The notes under the pieces: model-generated
Told to the model about the DNA's origin: nothing
What the model saw: only the letters and a program-made list of their open reading frames with translations
Database searches by the model: none
Program-made: the position numbers and the translations under genes
Shown here: piece after piece, positions 48,835 through 62,400 of the stretch
Numbering within the stretch: the stretch's first letter is position 1
Layout of the letters: the number at the start of each line of letters is the position of its first letter
Origin: Octopus sinensis
Taxonomy: Eukaryota
Direction of reading: 5' to 3'
Assembly: GCF_006345805.1 (NCBI RefSeq)
Contig: NC_043019.1
Coordinates: forward strand, 15,313,360 to 15,377,359
DNA: 64,000 nucleotides

Positions 48835-50534
48835 CAATCATCATCATCATCAATTCAGTTGTTTGCTTTTCCATGCTTGCAAGGGTCAAGCAGAATTCTT
48901 TGAGGCAGATTTTCTGTGGCTGGATGCCCTTCCTGCTGCTAACATGCACTTGTTTCCAAGCAAGACAATATAGCCCATGACCACCACTACCAACACTACC
49001 ACTGTTCATTCGTCTGTTGTTGATGGTGACCAAGGACATCACATCGGAGAAGAAGACAGGGCATGATGTGTCCAGTTGTGACCGATCGGCCCAATGCGTG
49101 CTCGGAAGGCTCTGTCCCAGGTCAGTCATTGGTGGTCTGCTTGGGATTGAAAGGAAGGTGTTGGCTCTGGACTTGCATGGTTCATGTTTTCTTTGTGCCC
49201 CTGCAATTCTGTTTTGTTCTTTCAGTTTCCATCTACCAAATCCACTCACAAGGCTTTGGTCGGCCCGAGGCTATAGTAGAAGACATTTGCCCAAGGTGCC
49301 ACGCAGTGCGACTGAACCCGGAACCATATCTGACCATCCAGTCTTTATTATTTTTATTATTCAGACACACAGGTTATAGAATGATATTATTGAAATCGTT
49401 CTTCCTTCTTTTAGACTGTTGGGTGTGATTTGATGGAGATTTGGCTGCTATTTCTAGCAGATTTAGTGACTACATACTTTCCCTTTCCTTTTCGTTTTAT
49501 CTGTTTTGTGTTGGTTTATGGAAGTTGGATGTTTTGCCTGATGATAATGTTTCCAGCAGAACTAAATGTTATCTTGAAATATACAAGTTATCAGAAATAG
49601 AAAGCGAAATCTTGGGGTTAAAGTGTTTATATTGGGGCTTTGAAAACATGGGATTAAGTTTGTTCAAGATAGGGGTTTAAAGGATTAAAATTCTTCTTTC
49701 TGTTATATTAATGAGACATGGAGAGAAAGAGGAAGAGAAAGAGAAAGATTGTGTGTGTGTATGAGAGAGAGAGAGAGTGTGTGGGGGGGGGGAGAGGGGA
49801 GATGTAGGGCTGAAGAGACTGTCATAATATGGGGGTGGAGCAGGGAGGGAAGAGACAGGCTTATCTCAGTGCATATTTTTTTAGGGTACCATGACCATAA
49901 TAAGGAAGGACAAGATTGTAGGATTTGATGTTGGGTTCACCTCATTATCAGTAAGGTATGTAGTCATAGTATGGTAGAGGTTGTTGTTGATGTTGTTGTT
50001 GTTGTTGTTCAGTCTCAGGTCAACCCTGATTCAAGCAGATCTATGACCAAAAGCATTCCTGTAATGACCGTCCTGCCTCTTTCCTATTCTCTTGTTTTAC
50101 TTGTTTCTGTCATTTGACCGTAGCCATGCTGGAGCACCACCTCAAAGGGTTGAACAAATCAACCCCAGGACTTATTTTTTTTAAGCCAAGTACTTATTCT
50201 ATTGGTCTCTTTTGCCGAACTGCTAGGTTACAGGGACATAAACGCACCAACACCGATTGTCAAGTGGTGATGGGAGGGACAAACACAGATACAAAGACAT
50301 ACACATACAGATATATGCATACATATATATTTAAATACTTTTGACAGGCTTCTTTCAGTTTCCGTCTACTAAATCCACTCACAAGGCTTTGGCTGACCTG
50401 AGGCTACAGTAGAAGACACATGCCCAAGGTGCCATACACTGGGAATGAACCCGGAACCATGTGGTTAAGAAGGAAGCTTCTTACCACACAGCCACACCTG
50501 TACCTGTGTAAGAAATAACGTGAGCTCACCTATT

Positions 50535-50750
50535 ACTCTTTTACTCTTTTACTTGTTTCAGTCATTTGACTGTGGCCATGCTGGAGCACCACCTTTAGTC
50601 AAGCAACTTGACCCTGGGACTTATTCTTTGTAAGCCCAGTACTTATTCTATCGATCTCTTTTGCCGAACCGCTAAGTGACGGGGACATAAACACACCAGC
50701 ATCGGTTGTCAAGCGATGTTGGGGGGACAAACACAGACACACAAACACAT

Positions 50751-50794
<44 letters not shown>

Positions 50795-50957
50795 GACAGG
50801 CTTCTTTCAGTTTCCGTCTACCAAATCCACTCACAAGGCTTTGGTCGGCCCGAGGCCATAGTAGAAGACACTTGCCCAAGGTGCCATGCAGTGGGACTGA
50901 ACCCAGAACCATGTGGTTGGTAAACAAGCTACTTACCACACAGCCACTCCTGCACCT
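50535..50957 (-). mobile_element. SINE family A, full length (tandem neighbour at 50090-50500)
   Basis: Reverse complement of the 19831-20249 element, with (CA)/(TA) in the internal slot. Confidence 0.92.
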
Positions 50958-51530
50958 ATGTACAAGGAATTACATTTGACAAAGTAATCTGAATTCAAAA
51001 GCATTATGCCAGCCGTATCAGATCCAAATATTCTACCTGATTTATACTCAAACTAGTCAGATCCAGCCTCTCACACCTACCCTACAATGTCATTTTAAAA
51101 ACAGTTACATCATTGAAATCTCAAAGCTACGAGATAATGCACAATTAATTCAAAACAATTTGAATAAATAAAATTTGACGTAGGAATGTGAATGCTAAAG
51201 TGTTAGAGGGTTAAAATATTGGTCAACATAAGTCTTTGGTTGAAGATACCTTGTTCAAGGCACCATACATGCTGTAGAATTAATCTTGGAACCATGTGGC
51301 TGCAAAGTGAACTCTTCAACTGCATGATAGAATCAATATATCAGCTTCCAAAAAAATTTCCTTATTCACTGGAATTACCCCATTGTGGAACCATTTGCCA
51401 AAATTTTTTTACATTTTCTTTTTTTTCCTTTCTTCTGAATTCTGTATATAGAACAGCACTTACGAGGATTGTTATGTATATAGAAGTAACTGGGTCTGTA
51501 TGTGTGTTGCTGTGAGTGTGTATACGTGTT

Positions 51531-51561
<31 letters not shown>

Positions 51562-51959
51562 GTGTGCATGTGTGTGTGTGTGTATATGATATATGATGCT
51601 TGAGAGACTGCATGACTATGTATTGATATAAGTGGTTTTGTGTGTGTGCATAACACTCTGTAAGTGTGTGTGTGTGTGTATGCGTGTATGTGTGTGTATG
51701 TGATATGTAACTACTTGGGAGACTGTGTGACTGTATTAATATAAGTGGTTTTGTGTGTGTGCATAACACTCTGTAAGTGTGTGTGTGTGTGTATGCGTGT
51801 ATGTGTGTGTATGTGATATGTAACTACTTGGGAGACTGTGTGACTGTATTAATATAAGTGGTTTTGTGTGTGTGTGATAGTCAGTGGTTGTATACGTGTG
51901 TAACCTTTGTATATGTACATAAATATGATAAACTTATATATACACACACACACACTATG

Positions 51960-52020
<61 letters not shown>

Positions 52021-52180
52021 CTGTGTGGTAGCTTGCTTACCAGCCACATGGTCCTGTGTTCAGTCCCACTGTGTGGCATCTTGGGCAAGTGTCTTCCAAC
52101 TATAGCCTCGGGCCTACCAAAGCCTTGTGAGTGGATTTGGTAGACAGAAAATGAAAAGAAGCCTGTCATATATATTTGTG

Positions 52181-52240
<60 letters not shown>

Positions 52241-53989
52241 TATACACACACACAATATATATATAATATATATACACATATACAATATACATGTATATAT
52301 ATATATGTTTCTGTGACTATATTAAAATAAGTGATGTTATGCAGATGCCTATAACTGAGTATTTGTGTGCAAATGCACTGTGTGTGTGTGTGCATGTGTG
52401 TGTGTATGTGTGTGCATGTGTGTGTGTGTGCATGTGTGTGTGTGTGTATGTGTGTGCATGTGCATTTATGTTTCTAGATGAAGGTAAGTGTGTACATGTG
52501 TGTTTTTTTTGGTTCAGTTTATATGACTGTTGATGCGGATGGCTGTGTGTGTGTGTGTGGAGCCATATAATCTGCCAAGGTTTATAAGCTTGCTCTAGCT
52601 AATTGTCTACCTAATTAATTAACCTTCGTTGTTCCTCGTGGAAAATCTATTTTATTTGGAATTAATTACAAGGCTTTGTTTTTTCTTCCTCTGTTTATGT
52701 CTAAGAACAAAAATGAGAATCGTATTTTCTATTGACATATTCCATCTATATATATGTGTGTGTTTGTGTGTATGTGTGTGTGTGTGCACATGAAGGTACA
52801 TGGCTTAGTGGTTAGGGCATTAAGCTGATAATCGTATGGTTGTGAGTTCAATTCCTGGCTATGTGTTGTGTACTTGAGCAAGACACTTTATTTATTTTAC
52901 ATTGCTCCGAGTCCACTCAGCTGGCAAAAATGTAGGATGAGGGTATCTACTATAACTGCATCACCATTTGTTGGTGATTTCTTCCTTCTGGTTGATGACA
53001 CCTTAGCACCACCCAGGTGACAACCCTCCAAACCATGGGTCTGTTTGGGTAGTTGTTACTGGAAAGGATTTGACAAGGTCAGAGGGAAAATCCTACCTTA
53101 ACTTCTTTTAGTCGCCTTTTACGACATTCATTGAAAATGTTGGGTCTGTTCTTTGGCATGCCAGTCTCCACACAGCACAACCCCTGTATGTGACTTGTTA
53201 CTATTTTATCAACCCTGAAAAGATGAAAGTCGGTGTTAACCTCGGCAGAATTTGAACCTAGAACGTAAAGATGGATATAATGCTACTAAGCATGTGAACA
53301 ATTCTGCCAGCTCACCGCCACCATCATCGTTTAGCATCAACCTTCAATGATGATGATGATGAGGATGATGATGATGATGACGGTGGTGGTGGTGGTGGTG
53401 GTGGTGGTGGTGGTGGTGGTGGTGGTGGTGGCGGGTGGTGGTGGTGGCGGTGGCAGCCGCGGCGGTGGTGGTGCTGAACTAGCAGAACTGTTAGCATGCT
53501 TTTTGTTCATCTTTAGGTGCTGGGTTCAAATTCCGCCAAAGTCAACTCTGCCTTTCACCCTGAATAATTATGGTTTCAAATTTTGATGCAAGACCAGCAA
53601 TATTTGGGTGTGTGTGGTGGGGGGGGGGGGGCTTCAGTCGATTCAGTCGACTCCAATACTCACCTGGTACTTCTTTTATCAACCCCAAAAGGATGAAAGG
53701 CTAAGTTGACCTTGACGGTATTTGAACACGGAACATTGACGGACAAAATGCCACAAAGCATTTTGTCTGTTGCTCTGATGGTTCTACCATCTCACTGCCT
53801 TAATGGTTTGCAGCATTGATGCTGGTACGGCAGGAGGAGTAATGCAAATGTCTGCTTCGTCTTGTACTTCAATTGGACTCTTATATGCTTGTTGTTCCAT
53901 GGCTGCTCTTTCAACCTTCTGAATGCGATAATGTACGTATGCAGAGGGTGGGAATGTGTGCTTGTGTTGGTGGTATTGCTTATTAAGAA

Positions 53990-54960
53990 CACCTGTGTGT
54001 GTGTGTGTGTGTGTGTGTGGAATTGTTTATTAACCTGTTTATGTGTGTGTGTGTGTGTGTGTGTGAGATAGTTTATTAATCCATGTGCGTGAATGTGTGT
54101 GTATATGAGTGTCATGTGTGAGTGTGTTTCTCTGGGTGTGTTTGAATATTGTGTGGGAATGCGTAGATGAAAATGTTTATTAATAATGCCTCTGTGTGTG
54201 TGTGTGTGTATGAGTGTGTGTGTGTGTGTGTGTTTGTGGAATTGCTTATTAATCTCTGTATGTGTATATGAGACTTAGTTTATTGATCCATGTGTGAATA
54301 TGAATATGGTGTGTGAGTGTGTTTCTGTGGGTGTGTGTTTGAATGTTGTGTAGGAATGTGTAGGTGTCATTACTTATTGATGCCTATGTGGGTGTGTGGG
54401 TGTGGAATTGCTTATTGCTCTATGTATGCGTGTGTGAGATACTTTATTGATCCATGTGCATGACCGTGTGTGAATATGTGTGTATATGAATGTCGTGTGT
54501 GAGTGTGTTTCTCCGGGTGTGTTTGAATATTGTGTGGGTGTGTAGGTGAAAATGTTTATTAATAATGCCTCTGTGTGTGTGTGTGGAATTGTTTATTAAT
54601 TTGTATATGTGTGTCTGAGACATTGTTTCTTAACCTATATGTATGAATGCATAATGGTGTGTGAATACATGTGTGTGTGAATGTCGTGTGTGAGCACGTG
54701 TTTGTGAGTATGTTTGTATGTGTATGATTATATGGGAACGTATGTGTGTGTGTGTGTGTGTGTGTGTGTCGTTATGTATTAATGTTCACTTGTGTGTATA
54801 TGTGTTATTGCTTATGCACGATTGTACTTGGATGTGACTGCGTATGTGTGTGTGTAGGTGATTGATTATTTATACATGCGTATATGTGTGTGTGTGTGTA
54901 TGCGTATATGTGTGCATATGTGCATGAATCTATGTGTTTGTATGACGGTGTCTGGTTGCG
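53990..54960. repeat. Degenerate GT-rich tandem array (~170-190-bp period)
   Basis: Recurrent GTGGAATTG(T/C)TTATT..GAGA..TTTATT(A/G)ATCCATGTG..GAGTGTGTTTCT..GAATATTGTGTGGG blocks. Confidence 0.75.
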
Positions 54961-55019
54961 GATTAGTGTTTGTCTGAGTTCATAAAGAGGGTAAGAAGAC
55001 TCAGAGAAGGAGGAAACGT

Positions 55020-55345
55020 AAAGGTAACAACAACAACACAACTGCAGCAGCAACAACAACAACAACTACAACAGCAACACAACTGCAACAAGAAGAAGAA
55101 CAACAACACAACTGCAGCAACAAGAACAACACAACTGCAACAACAACAACAACAACAACAACACAACTGCAACAACAACAACAACACAACTGCAGCAGCA
55201 GCAACAACAACAACACAACAACAACAGCAACAACAACAACAACAACACAACTGCAACAACAACTGCAGCAACAGCAACAACAACAACACATCTGCAGCAA
55301 CAACAACAGTAGCAGCAACAGCATCAGTAGATGCAGCAAGAGTAG
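55020..55345. repeat. (CAA)/(CAG) compound microsatellite
   Basis: Source of the poly-Q/C/L pseudo-ORFs 54963-55441. Confidence 0.9.
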
Positions 55346-56143
55346 CATCTGAAGCATTGGGAATAATTTTCTCATTGAGGAATTAATCAATATTGAAATG
55401 TCTTGACATGAATATTTTATCATCCCAAATATCCGGTTCACTTCATTCTGATGTAACAGTCCTGTTTAAACCAATGGAAGGGTTGAGAAACTTGTTCTAA
55501 ATTTACATTGTCTTCCAAAATATTACACCATTCTCCATCTTTAAACCAATGAAGGGCTTAGAAACTGGATCTGTATCTATATTCGTGAATATTTCTCTGT
55601 TCCACATCTTTAGCTCTTTAGCATTTAAACTAGCCGTATCTGGCCCGAATATTCTACCTGTTTTATGTCCAAACTAACCTGATCCTACCTCTCACACCTC
55701 CCTTACAATGTCATTCTAAAAATAAACAATTACATCATTGAAATCTTTCAGGTATGAAATAATGCCTGATTCATTGAAAGTGATTTAAATAAATATGCAT
55801 TACATTTGTCAGAGCAATCTGACTGCTAAAAGGGTGAAAACAAAAAGAACCCACAAACTGAGCCTGTATTTATAATCCCACATGTTACTCTGTCCTACAT
55901 CTTTAAACCAAGAAGGGCCCAGAAACTGAGCCTGTATTTATAATCCCAAATGTTAGCCTATCCTGTATCTTTAGATCCCAGAAACCAATTTTATATTTAT
56001 TGTGATTTTTTTTTCTGTTTTCTCATGTCCTATATAAACATAAGTATTTGTCCTATTTAAATCAATGACAGACCCATCAACTTGGTCTTTTTTTTATATA
56101 TTATCTTTTAAAATATCAATCCATCATATATTTTTAAACCAAT

Positions 56144-56516
56144 AACAAGAGCACTCAGAGAGTGCAAACCTCCACCAAGGCAACACCAACGTCCTCTCAA
56201 TGATTAGCCTGAGATGATTCTTTAAAATGAGAATATCTGAAATACACTTGACTGCTTTCACAAATGAGAATACTAAAAATGAATCCGACTGCTCACAAAA
56301 ATTAAGTAAAAATAACAGAAAAATAATCCAGAATCCTTGTCCAGTAGCAGATTGATCCCAAAATCTAATCAGTTTGTGCCAGTCAGGAGGCCAAACATCC
56401 CTGAAAGTTTCATCAGAATCCATCTGATGATTCTTCTTGAGATATCTTGTCTAAGGGACAAACAAACAAACACCACTGAAAACAATACCTCTGCCTTTGC
56501 TAAGGCGGAGGTAATA
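56144..56516 (-). mobile_element. Helentron-type non-autonomous element
   Basis: Begins AACAAGAGCACTCAGAGAGTGCAAACCTCCACCAAGG (stem-loop plus subTIR) and ends ATACCTCTGCCTTTGCTAAGGCGGAGGTAATAA. Confidence 0.75.
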
Positions 56517-56994
56517 ATGGTTTCAAATTTTGGCATTAGGCCGGAAATTTTGAGGGGAGGGGTCAAGGCAATTACATTGACTCCAGTACTAGACTGATAT
56601 TTTATTTTATCAACACTGAAAGAATGAATGGTAAAGTCAGCCTTATAGGGATTTGAGGTCAAATTTGTCTAGTGCTCAGGTACACTACAACAAAGTGGAA
56701 ATGGTTAAAGGGGGAGACATGACACAAATATATGTCAAGTAAACAAAGACACCTATGGAAGATAGCAGTACATGCCCATTTGCACCCTGTCCACCCCCTG
56801 CCTTTTTTTTTTATGGTTTCTTGTATCTTATATAAAGTGAAGGCACATGGCTCAGTGGTTACAGCATCAGGCTGGTATGCATGGGCGACTGCTCGTCTTC
56901 CATAAAAATCCTTGCCCGGTCTTGTGACTCAGAGGGAAAACTTTCTAGGTGCATTCCTGTAGTCACTCATGACTGAGGTGGGTCTTTCATGACC

Positions 56995-57406
56995 GAGGTT
57001 GACTTTGACTTTCATCCTTTCGGGGTTGATTGAATAAGTACCAGTTACGCACTGGGGTCGATGTAATCGACTTAATCCCTTTGTCTGTCCTTGTTTGTCC
57101 CCTCTGTGTTTAGCCCCTTGTGGGCAATAAAGAAATAAGAAATGTTAGCACAGCAGGCGAAATGCTGAGAAAAGGTGGCGAGCTGGCAGAAACGTTAGTG
57201 CGCCGGGTGAAATGCTTAGCAATATTTCATCTGCCGTTACATTCTGAGTTCAAATTTCGCCGAGGTCAACTTTGCCTTTCATCCTTTTGGGGTCAATAAA
57301 TTAAGTACCAGTTATGCACTGAGGTCTATCTAATTGACTTAATCTGTTTGTCTGTCCTTGTTTGTCCCCTCTATGTTCAGCCCCTTGTGGGCAATAAAGA
57401 AATAAG
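56995..57406 (+). mobile_element. Two head-to-tail SINE B copies with the ..GTGGGCAATAAAGAAATAAG tail
   Basis: Partial copy at 56995-57140 and full copy at 57171-57406 with A/B boxes. Confidence 0.88.
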
Positions 57407-58030
57407 AAATATAAGTACTTATGCTGTCAAGGGTTTGACCCTTTTAATACAAAACTGAGTAAAACCACTCCTGTTTCTGTCAAACAAACTTCCTGTTTTA
57501 AACTGATCTAAATTTAAATCTTCCAGCAAAAACAAAAAACAAAAACAAAATATCACGTTAATTCATGTTTCAAACCCCAGATTAATAAGAATGACAAAGT
57601 CGATTTATGAGATTTTTCATAATTTTTAAAAAATTAATCGAAAGAAAAGTAATTCGAAGGTGGTTTCACAGAAATCCGGCAAGAAAAGAGTTAAAGATAT
57701 AGGATGGCACAACATTTATGAAACAATGTAAAAAGAGAAAGCAGTTTCTTGGTCCCCTTTCATTGGTTTAAACAGAATTGTTACATTGGAGCCAACTGAA
57801 GCGGATATTTGGATTGATAAAATATTCATGTCAAGACATTTGAATATTGATTAATTTTTTAACGAGAAAATTATTCCCAATGCTGTTGTTGTTTCTGCTG
57901 TTGCTGCAGTTTCTTCTCATTAAGACTTATAAACTGGTTCTCTATTTATTGTCTGCTAAACGTTGCTTCATCCTCATTACTTGGATTCTACTAACAATAA
58001 CACAACAACAGCATCTTTTAATTATCTATC

Positions 58031-58080
<50 letters not shown>

Positions 58081-58173
58081 GTATATATATATATATAAGA
58101 TGTATATAGATAATTGTATGTACATGTATGTGTGTGTATATATATATACACATACATGCACACATTTATATAT

Positions 58174-58526
58174 TTATTATCTCCGCCTTAGCGAAGGCGG
58201 AGATATTGTTTTCAGTCGTCTTTGTTTGTTTGTTTACCATGGACAAGATATCTCAAGAACCGCTGGATGGATTCTGATGAAATTTTCAGGGATGTTTGGC
58301 TTCGTGACTGGCACGAACTGATTAGATTTTGGGATCAATTCTGGATTATTTTTCCTGTTTTGTTACTTAATTTTTGAGAGTGGTCAGGTTCATATTTAGT
58401 ATTCTCATTTGTGAGAGCAGTTGAGTTTATTTCAGACATTCTCATTTTAAAAATCATTTCCGGCTAATTGTTGAGAGGATGGTGGTGTTGCCTTGGCAGA
58501 AGTTTGCGCTGTCTGAGTGCTCTTGT
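58174..58526 (+). mobile_element. Helentron-type non-autonomous element
   Basis: 5' TTATTATCTCCGCCTTAGCGAAGGCGGAGATA, (GTTT)n and core, then 3' TTGGCAGAAGTTTGCGCTGTCTGAGTGCTCTTGT. Confidence 0.75.
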
Positions 58527-58797
58527 ATATAAATTGAAATTATACCATTTTAAGTTCAGATTTTTTTCTTTTCTACATTGTGGTATCTAACTGAAGAACC
58601 AGTGAAAATTGGAGGTTTTGCATTCCTTCGAAGGAAATGATTTTTTCCCTTTGATTGATTGATTGTGTATGTATGTGTGTGTGTATGTGTATGTATGTTT
58701 GTGTGTATGTGTTTGTGTGTGTGTGTGTGTACGTACATATATAGATCATTGTGTACAATGTAGGTGTATGCACACATATATATGTATATATATATAT

Positions 58798-58866
<69 letters not shown>

Positions 58867-59701
58867 AGATAGATGTGTGTGTGTGTATGTGTGTTTGCAT
58901 GAGTGTGTGTGTATGTACGTACGTATATGGATCATTCTGTACATTTGTGTCAATGTAAGTGTATACATATATATATATAGATAGATAGATGTGCGTGTGT
59001 GTGCACATGCATGTGTGTGTGCATTATATAATCATTATATCCAACTTAACCTGGATGCCTTGTTAGAACACCAAACACGGCCTCATTAGCCTTAAGAGAT
59101 CCTCTCATATAGGACCCTTGATGTATAAAAGCACACGCACATATATGTGTATACACACTCACATATAAAATGTAAAGCAATAGAGATTTCAAATCTAGGC
59201 AGTTACCTTATTAGCGCTCTGCTATAATCCAGATCTGGCTAACCACATCAAATGATAGAGAACATACAGAATCATTTATAATAAAGGATTAAACGGTACT
59301 TCACTTGATAAGCAAATCTAGAGTTCATTTCATCGGGTTTCGTATAGATTATACATGGAGTATATAATCTAGACACCATAAAGAAGAATGGAGAATTGCA
59401 TAGCTTCAGAATTTATTTATTGGAACATTATTCTCATCAAATTCCGATCCCACATGTGTTTCTGCTGCATAAGCATTGTATTTGTAGTTCCATTATTCAA
59501 GCAGAATGGTGTATATACGTGGTGAAGAAATTTCCTGTACCTTGTGTGTGAGTTCCAATGGTAGTTATATTCCAAGCATAGAGCCCTGTAAGCAGTACTG
59601 GTCTATCCATAGTACTTACTTAGCGTTACGTGACACTTTTTGGGTCTTCTTTACACCAATACTTCTCATACCATCGATATATATATATACATATATATAT
59701 A

Positions 59702-60040
59702 GGTGTAGGAGTGGCTATGTGGTAAGTAGCTTGCTAACGAACCACATGGTTCCTGGTTCAGTCCCACCGCATGGCACCTTGAGCAAGTGTCTTCTACTAT
59801 AGCCTCGGACCGACCAAAGTCTTGTGAGTGGATTTGGTAGACGGAAACTGTGTTTGTCCCCCAACATCACTTGACAACCGATGCTGGTGTGCTTGCGTCC
59901 CCATAACTTAGTGGTTCGGCAAAAGAGAGTGATAGAATAAGTACTAGGCTTACAAAAAATAAGTCCTGGGGTTGATTTGCTCGACTAAAGGCGGTGCTCC
60001 AGCATGGCCACAGTCAAATGACTGAAACAAGTAAAAGAGT
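59702..60040 (+). mobile_element. SINE family A lacking the internal microsatellite slot
   Basis: GGAAACTG joins directly to TGTTTGTCCCCC (~59845), deleting the AAAGAAGCCC-(TA/TG)n segment. Confidence 0.85.
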
Positions 60041-60429
60041 ATATTCAGGCACACATGTGTGCATGGATAGATGGTTAAGATCCTTGCATCCCAAGCCAAC
60101 AGTTTTTTTAGTTCCACAATGCCCTAGCCCCTCCTGGTATTCAAGGCAAATGCAGTTTTACTATATAATATGAGTGATATATTCTAAAAGCAATCATTAT
60201 TTTTTCTGTTGAGGCCAGTTTTGTTTTCCATCTTTCCTGGGTTGATATGATAACATACCAGTTAATAAGTACAAGAATCAATTTAATCGACTAGCTCATC
60301 TCCCAGATTTGTGGCCTTATGCCTTTGCGCGATATTATTTCTCTTGCTTTTCTTTCATCTTACTCATTTGTTTACCATCTAATTGAGAATAACTCATTAA
60401 TTGGGGCAGCTAGTGTATTGATGTCTATT

Positions 60430-61620
60430 ATCTTACTTATGTCTTAATTTAGCTTTGTTTGAAGTATTAATCTCATATATCTATAATATTCCTTTTTAAT
60501 CATTTCTTTCTTTTGCATCAGTTGTTGACTCCTAAAGATTTGTATATCTATATTTGTTGTAATTCTCTTGTCTCAGTTTCTTTATCTAACTTGATATTAA
60601 TCCTCATAATTAATTTTCCTTTCTTCAAAGTTGCCTTGGTGTACTTTTGTAATACAAATCTTTCATCAATTTCATTGGTAAATCCGTGTACTGTCTGCAG
60701 TTGTGTTTCTAGTTGTTTATCACTTTCCACATACAATTTAAGGTTGCCCGTATATAAAAGGTGGCTTACTGTCCTACCATAGTATTTGTATCTGAGTCCA
60801 GTTCTACATAATGTGTCAGTTACAAGTGTCAACATCTGACAGAAAAGGAAAGCTGAGAGGGAGATCCATTTGAATATTCCTTCTTTTGTCTGAACCTGCA
60901 AAATGGTTTGCCTCTTACATGTTTCAGGTATTGTTGTGGTTATTGTTCTTCATCACCACCACCACAATCATTATCTTCTTCTTCTTCATCATCATCACTA
61001 CCCCCTTCTTCTTCTTCTTCTTCTTCTTCTTCTTCTTCTTCTTCTTCTTCTTCTTCCCTCCTCCTCCTCCCCTTCCTCTTGTTATGTATTGTTCTCACTG
61101 TTGATGAAGCTATAACATTTTAGCAATGTGGCTGACTTTTTTTTCCCAACATGAAACCTTTTTTTCATTAAAAAACCCCTATCAAGATTTAATATCCGTT
61201 GTCATCCCTTTATGCTTCTTCTCATGACTGCCTTCAGTTCCACTTGATGGCTTCTTTCCAGATATCTTGAATTGTAGATAATTGGTAACTGCATTAGCAG
61301 CAACAGTCAACAAGTAAGCAAAACAAACATACCATAAAAATCATAGCACTGGGTGGTCCCTGTATTGTGAGAGCAAAAATTTGTCTTATTTCCATGGATG
61401 TAAGAATGGAAATGTAAAGATGAAATAGGTAAAGATTGAAGTGGGAGGAAGTACTGTGTGAAGAGTTACCAAGTTCATAGTCACTTTGCTCCTTGTACCT
61501 CTGACTTAAACCAATAAAAATTGCACTCTTCTCACACACAAACACATTTGTATTGACATACAACATATGTAGCTACAGATATTGCTATCATACTGATGCA
61601 GTTATTGTTGTCACCAGATG
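60430..61620 (-). pseudogene. Decayed R4/NeSL-like LINE reverse-transcriptase fragment, split by (CTT)/(CAT) microsatellite
   Basis: ORF 60548-60901 reads EGIFKWISLSAFLFCQMLTLVTDTLCRTGLRYKYYGRTVSHLLYTGNLKLY..QLETQLQTVHGFTNEIDERFVLQKYTKATLKKGK. This is a decayed 'GIFQGDSLSPLLF...SHLLYMDDLKLY...FGLEKCAK' RT. Upstream RT remnants continue to ~61620. Confidence 0.8.
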
Positions 61621-62159
61621 GTTATTCAAAAGATGGTAGATTGATAGTGACGATGGTGTTGGTTGTATTTGTTTTGGCATTGGTGGTTATAGTGGGGGTG
61701 GGGGTATTTTTGGTGGTGGTGCCAGTTATATTGGTCTTGTTAATTGTTGCTGATTGTTCTCAAGTCAATCTTCATTATTCTAATATCAAACATATTTCAT
61801 TCAATTACATTAGATACCACATTATCTCATGTCTTTGTAATGTATTTTAAATGAACTTGCTTGTCTTCTTCATATAATTGTTCCTGTTGTTGTTGTTGTT
61901 GTTAGTGGTGGTGGTGGTGGTCATTAAGACGTTGTGCTTGCGTTGGTTTTGGTGATGACAGCTAAAAGATTTAGGCTCAAATAGAAGAAAAGGGCACAAT
62001 CAAGGTAAGAATGGAAGGACATTGTTACCACCATCAACACCCGGGCTGACCAGTGCCTTGCAAGGTAATTTGGTAAATGGAAACTGTGTGGAAGCCCCCT
62101 CATATGTGTGTGTGTGTATTTGTGGGAGTGTGTGCATACATCTAGGCCTGTGTGTGTGT

Positions 62160-62400
62160 GTGTGTGAGACAGAGCGAGTGTGTTTATGTGTATGAGTGTC
62201 TACATGTATGTGTTTGTGTGTTTGTGTGTGTGTGAGTGTCTGCATGTATGTGAGTGTGTGTTTCTGTGTGTGTGTGAGAGTCTGCATGTATGTGAGCATG
62301 TGTTGTGTGTGTGTGAGTGTCTGCATGTATGTGAGTGTGTGTTTCTGTGTGTGTGTGAGAGTCTGCATGTATGTGAGCATGTGTTTGTGTGTGTGTGTTC
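62160..62400. repeat. 58-60-bp GT-rich tandem repeat occupying the internal slot of a SINE A
   Basis: GAGTGTCTGCATGTATGTGAGTGTGTGTTTCTGTGTGTGTGTGAGAGTCTGCATGTATGTGAGCATG repeats between the SINE A halves at ~62030-62100 and ~62400-62610. Confidence 0.8.

Noticed and set aside
48746-49428. Overlapping 120-167-aa ORFs
   Set aside because: They are chimeras of SINE A, a decayed LINE-like segment and (CAT)n.
54963-55441. Poly-Gln / poly-Cys ORFs
   Set aside because: They derive from a (CAA)/(CAG) microsatellite with no flanking coding signal.
56405-56425. Other CTGA(T/C)GA words (388, 11228, 36687, 40625, 56410, 58274)
   Set aside because: None has a stem II plus GAAA plus NUH arrangement, and most lie in SINE or Helentron interiors.
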